Source: Candidatus Shapirobacteria bacterium
GTDB taxonomy: Bacteria > Patescibacteriota > Microgenomatia > UBA12405
Direction of reading: 5' to 3'
Assembly: GCA_037142555.1 (NCBI GenBank)
Contig: JBAXAJ010000001.1
Location: 104,423 to 168,422, forward strand
Length of the DNA: 64,000 nucleotides
A model generated the notes under the pieces. The model searched no databases and was not told where the DNA came from. It saw only the letters and a list, made by a program, of their open reading frames with translations. The position numbers were made by a program, and so were the translations under genes. This document shows positions 39,490 through 49,671 of the stretch, in pieces; position 1 is the stretch's first letter; every line of letters begins with the position of its first letter.

Positions 39490-39563
39490 TCGGGGATACA
39501 GGATTCGAACCTGCAACCTCACACACCCCATGCGTGCACGCTAGCCAATTGCGCCAATCCCCG
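39490..39563 (-). tRNA. tRNA-Pro (anticodon GGG)
   Basis: The reverse complement folds as a cloverleaf: acceptor CGGGGAT/ATCCCCG, D-arm GCGC…GCGT, anticodon stem CACGC/GTGTG with loop AT-GGG-GT, and T-arm GCAGG-TTCGAAT-CCTGT. No encoded CCA. Confidence 0.85.
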
Positions 39564-39633
39564 TCGTAATTAAACTATTTTACTTCACTAAAATATAATT
39601 TGCATATTTTTATTTGTAATTATAGAATAGGGC

Positions 39634-40350
39634 ATGGAAGGTGAAATAATTGAAAATTTTGAACCTAAAAACACTAGAGACACTATTATAGATAGACAGA
39701 AAGAATTTGTCTCTTCAGTTAAAGAAGAGTCTAAAAATTTACCAGCAATTATTGAACATACAAATGATTCAGAAGCAGTCAAAGTCAAACAGCTAGAAGA
39801 TGGAAGATATCTCTACGAAGTATCAGATAAAGACAATGATAAACTAAAATCATTTTTTATTAGTGATGACTTATTCAATCAGTTTCCTGAAGATTCAGAT
39901 CTTGATTGTAGTAGTTTTTTACGTAAAAAACTAACAGGCCCAATTATTGAATATAATGCTAAAAAAGATGATGGCACTGAAGAAATCCTCTACACCATCA
40001 AAAGTCGCGAAACTGATAAATATAAAGTTTTACAAGAAATGACTGGCCAAACTTATGATTATCTACCGACAGTCTTATTTTCTGCTAATTTAACAAGAGG
40101 GATTGTCCATGTCCCATGGTTAATCGATTTAAAACCAGAAGGAATTATAAAAATAGGTTTAAACCAGATTAATAAAGATGGCACTCTCAGAAAAGCAAAA
40201 GAAGAATGGTCATATATTTCTTATACCCCAACTGAAGAGGAGTTTGAAGAAATGGACAGAGAAAGAGAGGATAGATTTAATAAAGCCAAAGTTTATTTAA
40301 GCAACGTCGTACCAAACCTCCCTTTACTCGAAAACCCTAAAAATAATTAA
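39634..40350 (+). CDS. Hypothetical acidic protein (238 aa)
   Basis: ORF only. Confidence 0.45.
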   Translation: MEGEIIENFEPKNTRDTIIDRQKEFVSSVKEESKNLPAIIEHTNDSEAVKVKQLEDGRYLYEVSDKDNDKLKSFFISDDLFNQFPEDSDLDCSSFLRKKLTGPIIEYNAKKDDGTEEILYTIKSRETDKYKVLQEMTGQTYDYLPTVLFSANLTRGIVHVPWLIDLKPEGIIKIGLNQINKDGTLRKAKEEWSYISYTPTEEEFEEMDREREDRFNKAKVYLSNVVPNLPLLENPKNN

Positions 40351-40437
40351 TCTTCGGCTTTTATTCGGTTTTGCCCCTTGACTTGATATATTTCTTTTTG
40401 ATATCACTATAGATGTAAAGTTAATTTTAAAAAAAAT

Positions 40438-41493
40438 ATGAAAAAAACAACTATAAAAACAAAATCAGTCGCTAGTAACAACATCCAAGACAAAAAAATG
40501 GAGTCTGTCCGTTTAGCCATGGAACAAATCACAAAAAATTATGGAACCGGATCCATCATGTTAATGGGTGAAAAGAAAGCCGACATGTCAATTGAAGTCA
40601 TTCCTACTGGTTGTCTTCCTCTCGACATTGCTCTTGGTGTTGGTGGTCTTCCTCGAGGCCGAGTCACTGAAATTTTTGGACCAGAAGCTTCTGGTAAAAC
40701 CACTGTTTGTCTTCATCTAATTGCTGAAGCTCAAAAACTTGGTGGAACCGCTGCTTTCATCGATGTTGAACATGCTCTCGATCCTACCAGAGCAGCCACT
40801 GTTGGTGTAGATCTAGACAGTCTTTTAATTTCTCAACCAGACAATGGTGAACAAGCCCTAGAAATCGTTGAAACTCTAGTTCGTTCCAATGCTGTTGATG
40901 TAATCGTCATCGATTCCGTTGCTGCTCTAGTTCCAAAAGCCGAAATTGAAGGTGAAATGGGTGATTCAATGATGGGTGTTCAAGCTCGTCTAATGTCTCA
41001 AGCTCTAAGAAAACTCACTGGTGCTATTTCTAAATCAAAATGTGTTGTTATTTTTACCAATCAACTTCGTCAAAAAATTGGTGTTATGTTCGGCAATCCA
41101 GAAACAACTCCAGGCGGTGTTGCTCTAAAATTCTATTCTTCAGTCAGAATCGACTTAAGAAAAATTGCCAACATCAAAACTCCAGCTGGTGAAACCATTG
41201 GTTCCCAACATCGAGCCAGAATAGTCAAAAATAAAATTGCCCCACCTTTCAAAGAAGCTGAATTTGACATGATGAGTACCGAGGGTATATCTATCAATGG
41301 TGGAATAGTCGACCTAGGTGTCCAACATGGCCTAATCACAAAAGCTGGTGCTTTCTTCAAAATTGGAGATCAAAATCTTCAAGGTCGTGAAGCAGCCAAG
41401 AAATATCTTAAAGAAAACCCAAAAATTGCTGAAAAACTCAAAGCTGAAGTTTGGGAAAAGGTCAAAGATGCAAATCCTGTGGACAAAAAATAG
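40438..41493 (+). CDS. recA: Recombinase RecA
   Basis: Walker [10 protein letters not shown] and FIDVEHALD motifs. The true start may be the internal M at 40497 ([11 protein letters not shown]…). Confidence 0.9.
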   Translation: MKKTTIKTKSVASNNIQDKKMESVRLAMEQITKNYGTGSIMLMGEKKADMSIEVIPTGCLPLDIALGVGGLPRGRVTEIFGPEASGKTTVCLHLIAEAQKLGGTAAFIDVEHALDPTRAATVGVDLDSLLISQPDNGEQALEIVETLVRSNAVDVIVIDSVAALVPKAEIEGEMGDSMMGVQARLMSQALRKLTGAISKSKCVVIFTNQLRQKIGVMFGNPETTPGGVALKFYSSVRIDLRKIANIKTPAGETIGSQHRARIVKNKIAPPFKEAEFDMMSTEGISINGGIVDLGVQHGLITKAGAFFKIGDQNLQGREAAKKYLKENPKIAEKLKAEVWEKVKDANPVDKK

Positions 41494-42106
41494 TCGTTTT
41501 CCAAACAGAATCTATATCAAGTTTTCTGATGGTCTTTTATTGCCATTATTTATCGATGATTTAGTTAAATTATCCCTAAATTCTGGCAAAGAAGTTAGTG
41601 AAGACGAATTAAATATCATTATAAATTTATCTCTATCTTATCTTTTAAGAGATTATGCTCTTCGTCAAATTGCTCTTTCTCCTAGAAGTGAAAAGTCTCT
41701 AAGTCAAAAACTTAAAAAATACATCGATGGCCGAATCTATAAATATTCTATTCCTCAAAATAATCTAGATTTAAAAGATTTAACTGATCAGTGTGTTACT
41801 AAACTTAAAAGCCAAAAATTGATCAGAGATTCAGAATATATCGATTTTTTCATCAAAAAATATCATAACAAATCAAAAAAAGAGATAATTTATCTTCTCC
41901 AAAAAGAAGGTCTTAAAATAGACATTTCTCAATTAAAAGCTTCTGACATTGATAAAATAAAAAAATTAATTCAAAAAAAGAAGATAAATTCAGAAAAATT
42001 AGCTGATTTTAAGTATAAAAATAAAATTATGTCTTATCTATACCAAAAAGGATTTTCTATAGATGACATCAAAAATGTGATTGACGGATTGATGATTTCC
42101 AGTTAA
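41468..42106 (+). CDS. recX: Regulatory protein RecX (probable)
   Basis: It lies immediately after recA with a 26-nt overlap. [20 protein letters not shown] matches the RecX repeat motif (YALRLLxRRxRSExEL). The start is uncertain. Confidence 0.55.
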   Translation: MQILWTKNSRFPNRIYIKFSDGLLLPLFIDDLVKLSLNSGKEVSEDELNIIINLSLSYLLRDYALRQIALSPRSEKSLSQKLKKYIDGRIYKYSIPQNNLDLKDLTDQCVTKLKSQKLIRDSEYIDFFIKKYHNKSKKEIIYLLQKEGLKIDISQLKASDIDKIKKLIQKKKINSEKLADFKYKNKIMSYLYQKGFSIDDIKNVIDGLMISS

Positions 42107-42263
42107 AATATAGGCAACTTAAATTAAAATATTAATTATTAAATTTAACTTTTTATATACGCACTCAAATGTTATTCAAATTTAAAAGATTATTAGCGCC
42201 TGTTTCTCATTTCTAATATCTTAGTGTAGCCGTGCTGTGTCGTAAAAAGTGAAGGAGTTCTTT

Positions 42264-43835
42264 ATGTTAGATAATTTTTTGTCCAGAGTTAAAGGTTTAT
42301 TTTCTGAAAAAACCTCAACTAAAACAGTCACTAAGAAAAATAGTGCAGTTAAAAAAGAAGTAAAAAAAGAAGAAGTCGTTAATCAAGATAAAAATAGGGT
42401 TGTCTTCTCACCAACCAAAACAGTTGAAGCAACTCCTGTTGCCCCAGCTCCAGTTGTTAACACAGCTCAAATTGATGCTGCCTTGCAAAATGCTAAAAGG
42501 ATAGAAGCTGATGCCAAAGCTAAAGAAACTGAAATTTTTCAACGTCTCTCTTCTCTGAATGATAAAGAGAAATACATGATTGAAAAAGAAAGATCTCTAG
42601 ACACTCAATCTGCCGAAATCAAAGCAAAAATGAATAGTGTTGAAGATCTCTATAAAAAACAATTAGAAAAATTAGAAAACATTTCTGGTCTTGATATTGA
42701 AAAAGCTAAACAATTAATAATTAGCAGCACTGAAAAGAAAATGGTCAGTTGGATTGCTAAAAAAGTTGAAGATGCTAAGGAAGAAATCAGAAACAAAGGT
42801 GATGAATTAGCCAAAGAAATTTTGATTGATAATATTCGTCATGGAGTCACTGATTATGTTGCTGAATACACTGTTTCCACTATTTCTCTTCCAGATGACA
42901 CCATCAAAGGAAAAATCATTGGTCGAGAAGGTCGAAACATTCGTGCTTTTGAAAAAGCTACTGGTGTTGAACTAGAGCTAGACGAATCTAACGATATCCG
43001 CATTTCTTCTTTTGATTCAACTAGAAGAGAAATCGCTAAACTATCTCTCGAAAAGTTGATCAAAGATGGTCGAATTCAACCTCTTAAGATTGAACAAATT
43101 GTGGCTCAAACTAAAAACGAAATGGAAAAGATTTTAATAAATGAAGGTCGAAAAATCTGCCAAGAAGTTGGAGTCTTTAATTTACCACTCGATTTAATGA
43201 GAGAAATTGGTAAATTTAAATTCCGCTACTCTTATGGTCAAAATTTAGCTAAACACACCATCGAAGCTACTAAAATTGCCACCGCCATTGCCTATGAGTT
43301 AAAAGCTGATGTCAACACTGTTCGGCTTGGAGCTTTATTACACGATATTGGTAAGGTAGTCACCGATCAAGAGGGGACTCACATTGATCTTGGTGTTGAT
43401 TTATTAAGACAATTCAAAGTCACTGAAGCCGTCATCAATTGTGTCGCTGAACACCATGAAGATAAAGAATTTTCTTCACTAGAATCAACCATTGTTTACA
43501 TTGGGGATGCCGCTTCTGGTGCTCGTCCTGGTGCTCGATATGAAGTCCATGAAGAATATCTTAAAAGAATGAAAAACATCGAAGAAGTTGCTAAAAACTT
43601 TCCTGGTGTTCTAAGTGTCGCCGCCTATCAAGCTGGACGTGAAGTTGTAGTTATTGTCGAACCTACAATAGTTTCTGACAATGAAGCTGAAGTTCTAAGC
43701 CAAAATATCGCTCAACATCTAGAAGAAGAAGCTAAATGGGCCGGTCAAATAAAAGTTACTGTTATTAGAGAGTTAAGAACTAGCAGTATTATTGTTGGTA
43801 ATAAAATCAATAATAATGCGGTAAAAAATGACTAA
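42264..43835 (+). CDS. rny: Ribonuclease Y
   Basis: N-terminal TM/coiled coil, a KH domain (IIGREGRNIRAFEKATGVEL) and an HD domain (LLHDIGK). GAAGGAG Shine-Dalgarno before ATG 42264. Confidence 0.85.
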   Translation: MLDNFLSRVKGLFSEKTSTKTVTKKNSAVKKEVKKEEVVNQDKNRVVFSPTKTVEATPVAPAPVVNTAQIDAALQNAKRIEADAKAKETEIFQRLSSLNDKEKYMIEKERSLDTQSAEIKAKMNSVEDLYKKQLEKLENISGLDIEKAKQLIISSTEKKMVSWIAKKVEDAKEEIRNKGDELAKEILIDNIRHGVTDYVAEYTVSTISLPDDTIKGKIIGREGRNIRAFEKATGVELELDESNDIRISSFDSTRREIAKLSLEKLIKDGRIQPLKIEQIVAQTKNEMEKILINEGRKICQEVGVFNLPLDLMREIGKFKFRYSYGQNLAKHTIEATKIATAIAYELKADVNTVRLGALLHDIGKVVTDQEGTHIDLGVDLLRQFKVTEAVINCVAEHHEDKEFSSLESTIVYIGDAASGARPGARYEVHEEYLKRMKNIEEVAKNFPGVLSVAAYQAGREVVVIVEPTIVSDNEAEVLSQNIAQHLEEEAKWAGQIKVTVIRELRTSSIIVGNKINNNAVKND

Positions 43836-43902
43836 CAATACTTGCATTTTGCCGATATTCCGCTATTATTAAAATAATTATTAATTAATTAACAAAAAAA
43901 TA

Positions 43903-44175
43903 ATGACTAAAAAAGACTTAATCGAAATCGTTTCGCAAAAAGCAAAACTCAGCAAAAAAGCTGCTAAGCAATCTGTTGAAACTTTCTTAAATGAAATTAT
44001 GAAAGCACTCTCTGGTGGAGAAGTTGTTAAGCTTTCAGGTTTTGGAACTTTCAAAACCAAAATGTTCAAAGCTAAAACTATCAAAGCTATTGGAACTAAA
44101 GAATCTAAAAAAATCGTCGCTCGAAGAATGCCTCGATACATTCCAGGAACCAAGATCAAGAAAATGGTAAAGTAA
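43903..44175 (+). CDS. hup: DNA-binding protein HU
   Basis: MTKKDLIE…GFGTFKTK…RMPRYIPGT matches the HU/IHF fold; 90 aa. Confidence 0.9.
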   Translation: MTKKDLIEIVSQKAKLSKKAAKQSVETFLNEIMKALSGGEVVKLSGFGTFKTKMFKAKTIKAIGTKESKKIVARRMPRYIPGTKIKKMVK

Positions 44176-44194
44176 TTTTTTTGAAATTAATTAA

Positions 44195-44221
44195 GCCCTC
44201 CGAATCTCGGGGGGCTTTTTG
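44195..44221 (+). terminator. Rho-independent terminator after hup
   Basis: gccctccga-atc-tcggggggc followed by ttttt. Confidence 0.7.
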
Positions 44222-44281
44222 TTACCTTGCGATTAACCTAAAAAACCTTTATAAATATATACAGTATGTATTTTATTTATT

Positions 44282-47200
44282 TTGTCTAAAAATTTGATCA
44301 AGTTTAGGTTCAAATTACCAATAAAGAAAAAAGTTTCAGACTATTTTTTTGCGCCTCGTTTTTACTTCTCCAGATTTCAGTTTAATTTAATCGCTGTTTT
44401 ATTCATCAGCATCGGTCTTGCCACTGGGACTTATTTAACCATGTCCAAAGTGATTTTACCTTCAATCTTCGCTGTGTCTCAAACTTCCAACACCCTAAAT
44501 TTTGATGTCGGCAGTTCTGGTAATTATAATTATGACACCTCCTCAGTCACTATTGGTGCCAGTGGTGTCCAACCAATAGCAACCAACAAATTTTCTAATT
44601 CTAGTTTCGCCACTAATAGTGTTGGTTGGACTTCAGATATCATAGTTCCAAATGGTTATGTCAAAGTTCCTGGAAATTCAACTTTTAGTACTACTGATTT
44701 TGCTGTTATGAAATATGAAGCTAAATGTGCTTCCACAAGTGACCCTGCTACTGGTTTAACAAGTCCTACTTTTATACCATTTTATACTTATAAAAATAAT
44801 GTAGATGATTGTATTTCAGCTAATAATAAGCAAGTAGTTTCAGTAGCTAATGGATATCCAATTGCCTTAATTACTCAGCCTGATGCAATCACCAAATGTG
44901 CCAGTGTTTCTGTTTCCGGTGCCACTGCTCATTTAATTAATAATAATGAATGGATGACTATTGCCAGAAATGCTGAAGCTCAAAACACCAATTGGTCTCT
45001 AGGCGCTGTTGGTTCTGGTTATTTATATGCCGGTAATAATAACATTGATACAAGTTACTCTCATTATATTTACAATGCATCGACTAATGATACAGGTAAT
45101 TATCGTTGTGCTTACACTAACACTGGTTCTTCAGACAATCCATCTCCTTGTCCTTATAACACAGCTCAAAATACTTCTGGAACTAGGGGAAGTCAAGTCA
45201 GAGTTTTAAAATTATCAAATAATGAATCAATTTGGGATATGGCGGGAAATGTTGGAGAGTGGATTAATAATACTCAAACAGGCACAACTATAGGCCCTAG
45301 TAGTATTTTAGAGTGGAATTCTTCTAGCCTTGCTTCTGGAGCTAGAGATCTTTATGGGCCATCAAGCTCTTCATATCTTAAAGCCCAGGGAATGGGGTCT
45401 TTCACTGGTGGTGCTTTGGGTAATGTTTTTATGCGTGGAGGTATTTATCTTGACTCTTTAGATGCTGGTATTTATAGTTTAAGTTTAAGTTCTAGTTCTT
45501 CTTATTTATATCCTGGAATTGGTTTTCGTTGTGCCATTTCTGGTAATGTTTTATCACAAGTATCAAATGTTGGTTTAGGAGCAAGTGGAGCTGCAAAAAT
45601 TATTGCTAATCCTGGATCAGATTCTAAGATTTATCAGACAATGGCCAATCTTACTACCAATTCTACTTACGACTTTTCCGCCTATGTTTATAATAATACT
45701 GCTGGTGGTATTGGTGGCACAGTCAATGCTTCTATTGCTCAACTAGAATATAATGGAGTTGGAATTACTACTACCTACACTAATTCAGGTTCAGGTTGGT
45801 GGAAACTTTCCGCCACCGTCACTGCGGCCAGTGGCTCACAAGAATTTGGTCTTCTAACCAAAGCCGGCAAAACAGTCTTTTCTGATAATTTTAGTTTAAT
45901 TCCTATTATTTCTCCTATCTACACCACCACTTCTTTTTATAATCGTCAAATTATGGAATGGAGCTCTTTTAGTGCAGTTGGCACTACTTTTGCCACTTCT
46001 CCAATTACTTATCAACTTTGTTCAACCGATGCTTCTATTTGTGAAAGTAGTAATACTTGGCAATATTGGAATGTCTCCAGTTCCACTTGGTCCAACGCCA
46101 CCAATCTCACTATGACTAATACTGCCGGAGATATAAATACTCATATCAGCACTTTCCCTGTCACCAACAAAAAAATTGCTGTCAAAATCATTATGACTTA
46201 TGATGGCACCAATGTTCCAACTCTTAGTTCCATTAATTATGGTTTTAAAATTGATAATCTTGCTCCAGTGACTAATGCTTCAAGTGTAATAATGAATTCT
46301 TCAATCGGCTTAACTTGGGCTAACACAAATCCATCTTTTACTTGGACAGCTGCCACAGATGATGATCCAAGTGCTTCAGGAATAAAGGGCTACTGTCTAT
46401 CTTTATCCACTACCACCGGTGGTGTCGATCCAGTTTCTTCAAAAGGCAAACTAGGCACTTCTCCAGTCCCTATTTCTGATAATATTTGTCAATTTATTGT
46501 TCCTTCAAATTCTCTAAATTTAAATACCGCTGGCTATTTAGCCTCGGCATTACTTGATTCTGAAGAAACTTATTATTTAAACATTAAAGCTATTGATAAT
46601 GTAAACAATGTTTTCCCTACTTCAACTTATTTTGAGTTCAAATATGACTCTACTAAACCTAGAAATGTCTCTTATATTTCTCCAGCTTCTGGCAATTTTT
46701 CCAATGTCGTTGATATGAGTTTTTCTTGGCCAATCAGTGTTGGTAGTAGTGTATCTTCATCAGATAGTGGCAGTGGAATTTTGGGTTGGCAATACCAAAT
46801 AAATACTAATGATGCTGATAAATGGCAAGGAAGCACTACGGCTCCAGAATTAGGTGGCCTAAAATATATTCCTAGTGGCACTTCTAGTTATAGCCTAGTT
46901 GAAGGTAAAGATGCTATTGTTTCCGGAAACAATGTTATTTACTTCAGAACTGTCGATAAAGCCGGCAATTTTTCTACCGATGCTACTATTCGCACTGGTA
47001 ATATTGCTTTTGGTGGTGCGGCTCCTGCTTTCAACCAAAATAATAGTGTCACTATCAATCCTAATACTTCTACAACTAATTCTTTTGCTCTGTCTTGGCC
47101 AAGTGCCACTGCTACTAATGGTCAAAGTGTCACTAATTATTACTATATGTTAAACACTCCACCACCATCAACTTTAGCCACTCTACAGGGTAATATTTCA

Positions 47201-48904
47201 ACCTATATCAACAATGGCACTGCAACCACAGTTGCTGTCAAAAGTCTTCCAAATGTCAACAAAGGTACTAATACTGTCTATGTTGTTGCAGTCGATAGTG
47301 CCAACAATTATTCACCATCAAATTACACTAGTGGTACTTTTGTTCTAGATTCCAATACTCCCGACAATGTCAGCAATTTAGTTTCTTCTGATTCTTCAAT
47401 CAAATCTCAATCTCAATGGAATATTACTCTTACTTGGACCGCTCCAATCTATCAAGGTGCTGGCAATTTAATTTATCAAGTCTATCGATCAACCGATGGT
47501 GTTAATTTTGCTCAAGTTGGTTCTTCTACTGGCCTTTCCTATGTCGATAATACTCCAGCTTCAAGCAAATATTATTACAAAGTCTATACCAAAGATGGTG
47601 CCAATGCGGTCTCTTCTGGTACTAATGCTGTTTCTATTACTCCAACTGGTAAATGGACTACTTCTCCAATTATTGATTCCCAACCAACTACTTCTTCAGT
47701 AACTACCAAAAAAGCTACTGTCAATTGGTCTACTGACCGAAAAGCCGATTCTAAAATTGCTTTTGGAACTAAATCTGGCAGTTATAATACCGAAGAACCA
47801 AGTAATCCAACTCAAGTTTCCAGTCATTCCATTAATCTTACCGGTCTTTCTCCAGGAACCACTTATTATTATCGGGCCAAGTGGACAGATGAAGACGGAA
47901 ACACAGGAACCAGTGATGAAAAATCTTTCACCACTGCCGCTGCTCCAACAGTTAAAGATGTTTTAGTCAAAAATGTTAATCTAAGTTCAGCTTTAGTCCA
48001 GTTCACTTCAACTGGAGCTAGTAAAGTCAAGGTTTATTATGGCACCAGCACCGCTTTTGGCGGAGCCCTAGAAATTCATACTTCAACTTCTGAAGCTACT
48101 TATACAGTCAACTTAATTGGTTTACTCGATGGCACAAAATATTATTACAAAATAAATGCTTTTGACAGTGAATCTAGTGAATATGAAGGCACAGTTCTAG
48201 ATTTCACCACTATTCCAAGACCAAAAATTTCTAGCGTTCAACTCCAAGAAGTAGCTGGAACTTCTCAATCTACAATTTTAGTCACTTGGAACACTAACAC
48301 CGAAATTTCTTCAATTGTCACTTATTATCCAGAAGGTAAGCCAGAACAATCTCGAGATGAAGTCAGTATCCAATCAATCAAAGGCCAACACAAAATGATT
48401 CTTCGAGGCTTCACTCCTGAAACTAACTACATTTTAGTTGTTAAAGGTCGTGACAAAATTGGCAATGAAGCAGTTTCTGATAATCATCATTTCACCACTG
48501 CCACCGACACCAGACCACCACAAATTTCTAGTCTACTAGTTGAAGGTCAAAATGTTCCAACAGTTTCTGGTGCTGCTCAAGAATCAACAGCTCAATTAAT
48601 CGTTTCTTGGAACACTGATGAACCAGCCACTTCTCAAGTTGAATTTAGTGAGGGAACTGGTGCCACTTATTCTCAAAAAACTCAAGAAGATGCAAAACTT
48701 ACCTACAACCATCTAGTCATTATTTCTGGTCTAACAGCTTCAAAAGTCTATCACTTGAAAGCAATTTCCAGAGATAAAGCCAATAACACTGGTAAATCAA
48801 TTGACACTGTCACTATCACTCCAAAAGCCACTGATAATGCTCTAAACTTAGTTGTTTCCAATCTAGGCCAAGTATTTGGTTTCTTAGGAGGATTTAATAA
48901 ATAA
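44282..48904 (+). CDS. Giant membrane-anchored surface protein (1540 aa): N-terminal TM, FGE-sulfatase (SUMF1-like) domain, Ig/FN3-like repeat array
   Basis: TM helix LIAVLFISIGLATGTYLTM. IWDMAGNVGEW and …YLYPGIGFRCAISG match the formylglycine-generating-enzyme fold signature. The C-terminal half holds ~100-aa FN3-like repeats (…TVNWSTD…TYYYRAKWTDEDGNTG…). The TTG start is uncertain. Confidence 0.7.
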   Translation: MSKNLIKFRFKLPIKKKVSDYFFAPRFYFSRFQFNLIAVLFISIGLATGTYLTMSKVILPSIFAVSQTSNTLNFDVGSSGNYNYDTSSVTIGASGVQPIATNKFSNSSFATNSVGWTSDIIVPNGYVKVPGNSTFSTTDFAVMKYEAKCASTSDPATGLTSPTFIPFYTYKNNVDDCISANNKQVVSVANGYPIALITQPDAITKCASVSVSGATAHLINNNEWMTIARNAEAQNTNWSLGAVGSGYLYAGNNNIDTSYSHYIYNASTNDTGNYRCAYTNTGSSDNPSPCPYNTAQNTSGTRGSQVRVLKLSNNESIWDMAGNVGEWINNTQTGTTIGPSSILEWNSSSLASGARDLYGPSSSSYLKAQGMGSFTGGALGNVFMRGGIYLDSLDAGIYSLSLSSSSSYLYPGIGFRCAISGNVLSQVSNVGLGASGAAKIIANPGSDSKIYQTMANLTTNSTYDFSAYVYNNTAGGIGGTVNASIAQLEYNGVGITTTYTNSGSGWWKLSATVTAASGSQEFGLLTKAGKTVFSDNFSLIPIISPIYTTTSFYNRQIMEWSSFSAVGTTFATSPITYQLCSTDASICESSNTWQYWNVSSSTWSNATNLTMTNTAGDINTHISTFPVTNKKIAVKIIMTYDGTNVPTLSSINYGFKIDNLAPVTNASSVIMNSSIGLTWANTNPSFTWTAATDDDPSASGIKGYCLSLSTTTGGVDPVSSKGKLGTSPVPISDNICQFIVPSNSLNLNTAGYLASALLDSEETYYLNIKAIDNVNNVFPTSTYFEFKYDSTKPRNVSYISPASGNFSNVVDMSFSWPISVGSSVSSSDSGSGILGWQYQINTNDADKWQGSTTAPELGGLKYIPSGTSSYSLVEGKDAIVSGNNVIYFRTVDKAGNFSTDATIRTGNIAFGGAAPAFNQNNSVTINPNTSTTNSFALSWPSATATNGQSVTNYYYMLNTPPPSTLATLQGNISTYINNGTATTVAVKSLPNVNKGTNTVYVVAVDSANNYSPSNYTSGTFVLDSNTPDNVSNLVSSDSSIKSQSQWNITLTWTAPIYQGAGNLIYQVYRSTDGVNFAQVGSSTGLSYVDNTPASSKYYYKVYTKDGANAVSSGTNAVSITPTGKWTTSPIIDSQPTTSSVTTKKATVNWSTDRKADSKIAFGTKSGSYNTEEPSNPTQVSSHSINLTGLSPGTTYYYRAKWTDEDGNTGTSDEKSFTTAAAPTVKDVLVKNVNLSSALVQFTSTGASKVKVYYGTSTAFGGALEIHTSTSEATYTVNLIGLLDGTKYYYKINAFDSESSEYEGTVLDFTTIPRPKISSVQLQEVAGTSQSTILVTWNTNTEISSIVTYYPEGKPEQSRDEVSIQSIKGQHKMILRGFTPETNYILVVKGRDKIGNEAVSDNHHFTTATDTRPPQISSLLVEGQNVPTVSGAAQESTAQLIVSWNTDEPATSQVEFSEGTGATYSQKTQEDAKLTYNHLVIISGLTASKVYHLKAISRDKANNTGKSIDTVTITPKATDNALNLVVSNLGQVFGFLGGFNK

Positions 48905-48912
48905 TTAAAACT

Positions 48913-49671
48913 ATGATTGAATCAATTGTTCAAATTAAAAATATTTTTAAAACTTTTCGGGTTGGAACTCAAGATGTTCCAGTTCTAAAAGACATCAGTT
49001 TTAATGTAAAGAAAGGTGATTTCCTAGTTATCTACGGGCCATCAGGTTGTGGCAAATCGACTCTTCTCCACACTATTCTAGGTCTAGAAGCTCCAACCAA
49101 AGGTACTATTATTTTTCTAGGAAAAGATCTCTACAAAGATTCATATGGAGAAGACCGAATTGAAGACGATAGAACTGACTTCAGAAAAAATCATATTGGT
49201 ATGGTCTATCAACAGGCTAACTGGATTAAATCTCTAACCGTTCTCGAAAATATAATTTTCCCACTATCACTTTTAGGCATGGATAAATTAAAAAGAGAAG
49301 AAATGGCTAAAAATGCTCTTAAGACTATGGAAATGTTAGCTTGGGCAAATTATTCACCTTCAGAACTTTCCTCTGGTCAACAACAAAAAGTGGCTCTGGC
49401 TCGAGCTCTAGTCACCAATCCAGAAGTGATTATTGCTGATGAACCAACCGGAAATCTAGATTTCGAATCAGGCCAAGAATTGATGTCTCTTTTGACTGAT
49501 TTAAGTAATAATGAAGGTAAAACTATAATTATGGTTACTCACGATTTGGAATATTTGAAATATGCTAAAAGCACAGTCAGAATGCTCAATGGCCAAGTTG
49601 TCGAGTTAAACACTAGTCAAGAAACAATTAAAAAAATAAAATGTAAGAAAGTTGATCAAAATGAAAAATAA
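48913..49671 (+). CDS. ABC transporter ATP-binding protein (MacB/LolD/FtsE-like)
   Basis: Walker A GPSGCGKST, signature LSSGQQQKV, Walker B IIADEPTGNLD. Confidence 0.9.
   Translation: MIESIVQIKNIFKTFRVGTQDVPVLKDISFNVKKGDFLVIYGPSGCGKSTLLHTILGLEAPTKGTIIFLGKDLYKDSYGEDRIEDDRTDFRKNHIGMVYQQANWIKSLTVLENIIFPLSLLGMDKLKREEMAKNALKTMEMLAWANYSPSELSSGQQQKVALARALVTNPEVIIADEPTGNLDFESGQELMSLLTDLSNNEGKTIIMVTHDLEYLKYAKSTVRMLNGQVVELNTSQETIKKIKCKKVDQNEK

Noticed and set aside
45009-47966. Small ORFs inside the giant surface-protein gene (45009-45209, 46672-46881 minus, 46895-47125 minus, 46899-47153, 47496-47702, 47757-47966)
   Set aside because: They are alternative-frame or antisense artefacts of a long repetitive gene, with Leu/Ile-rich nonsense translations.
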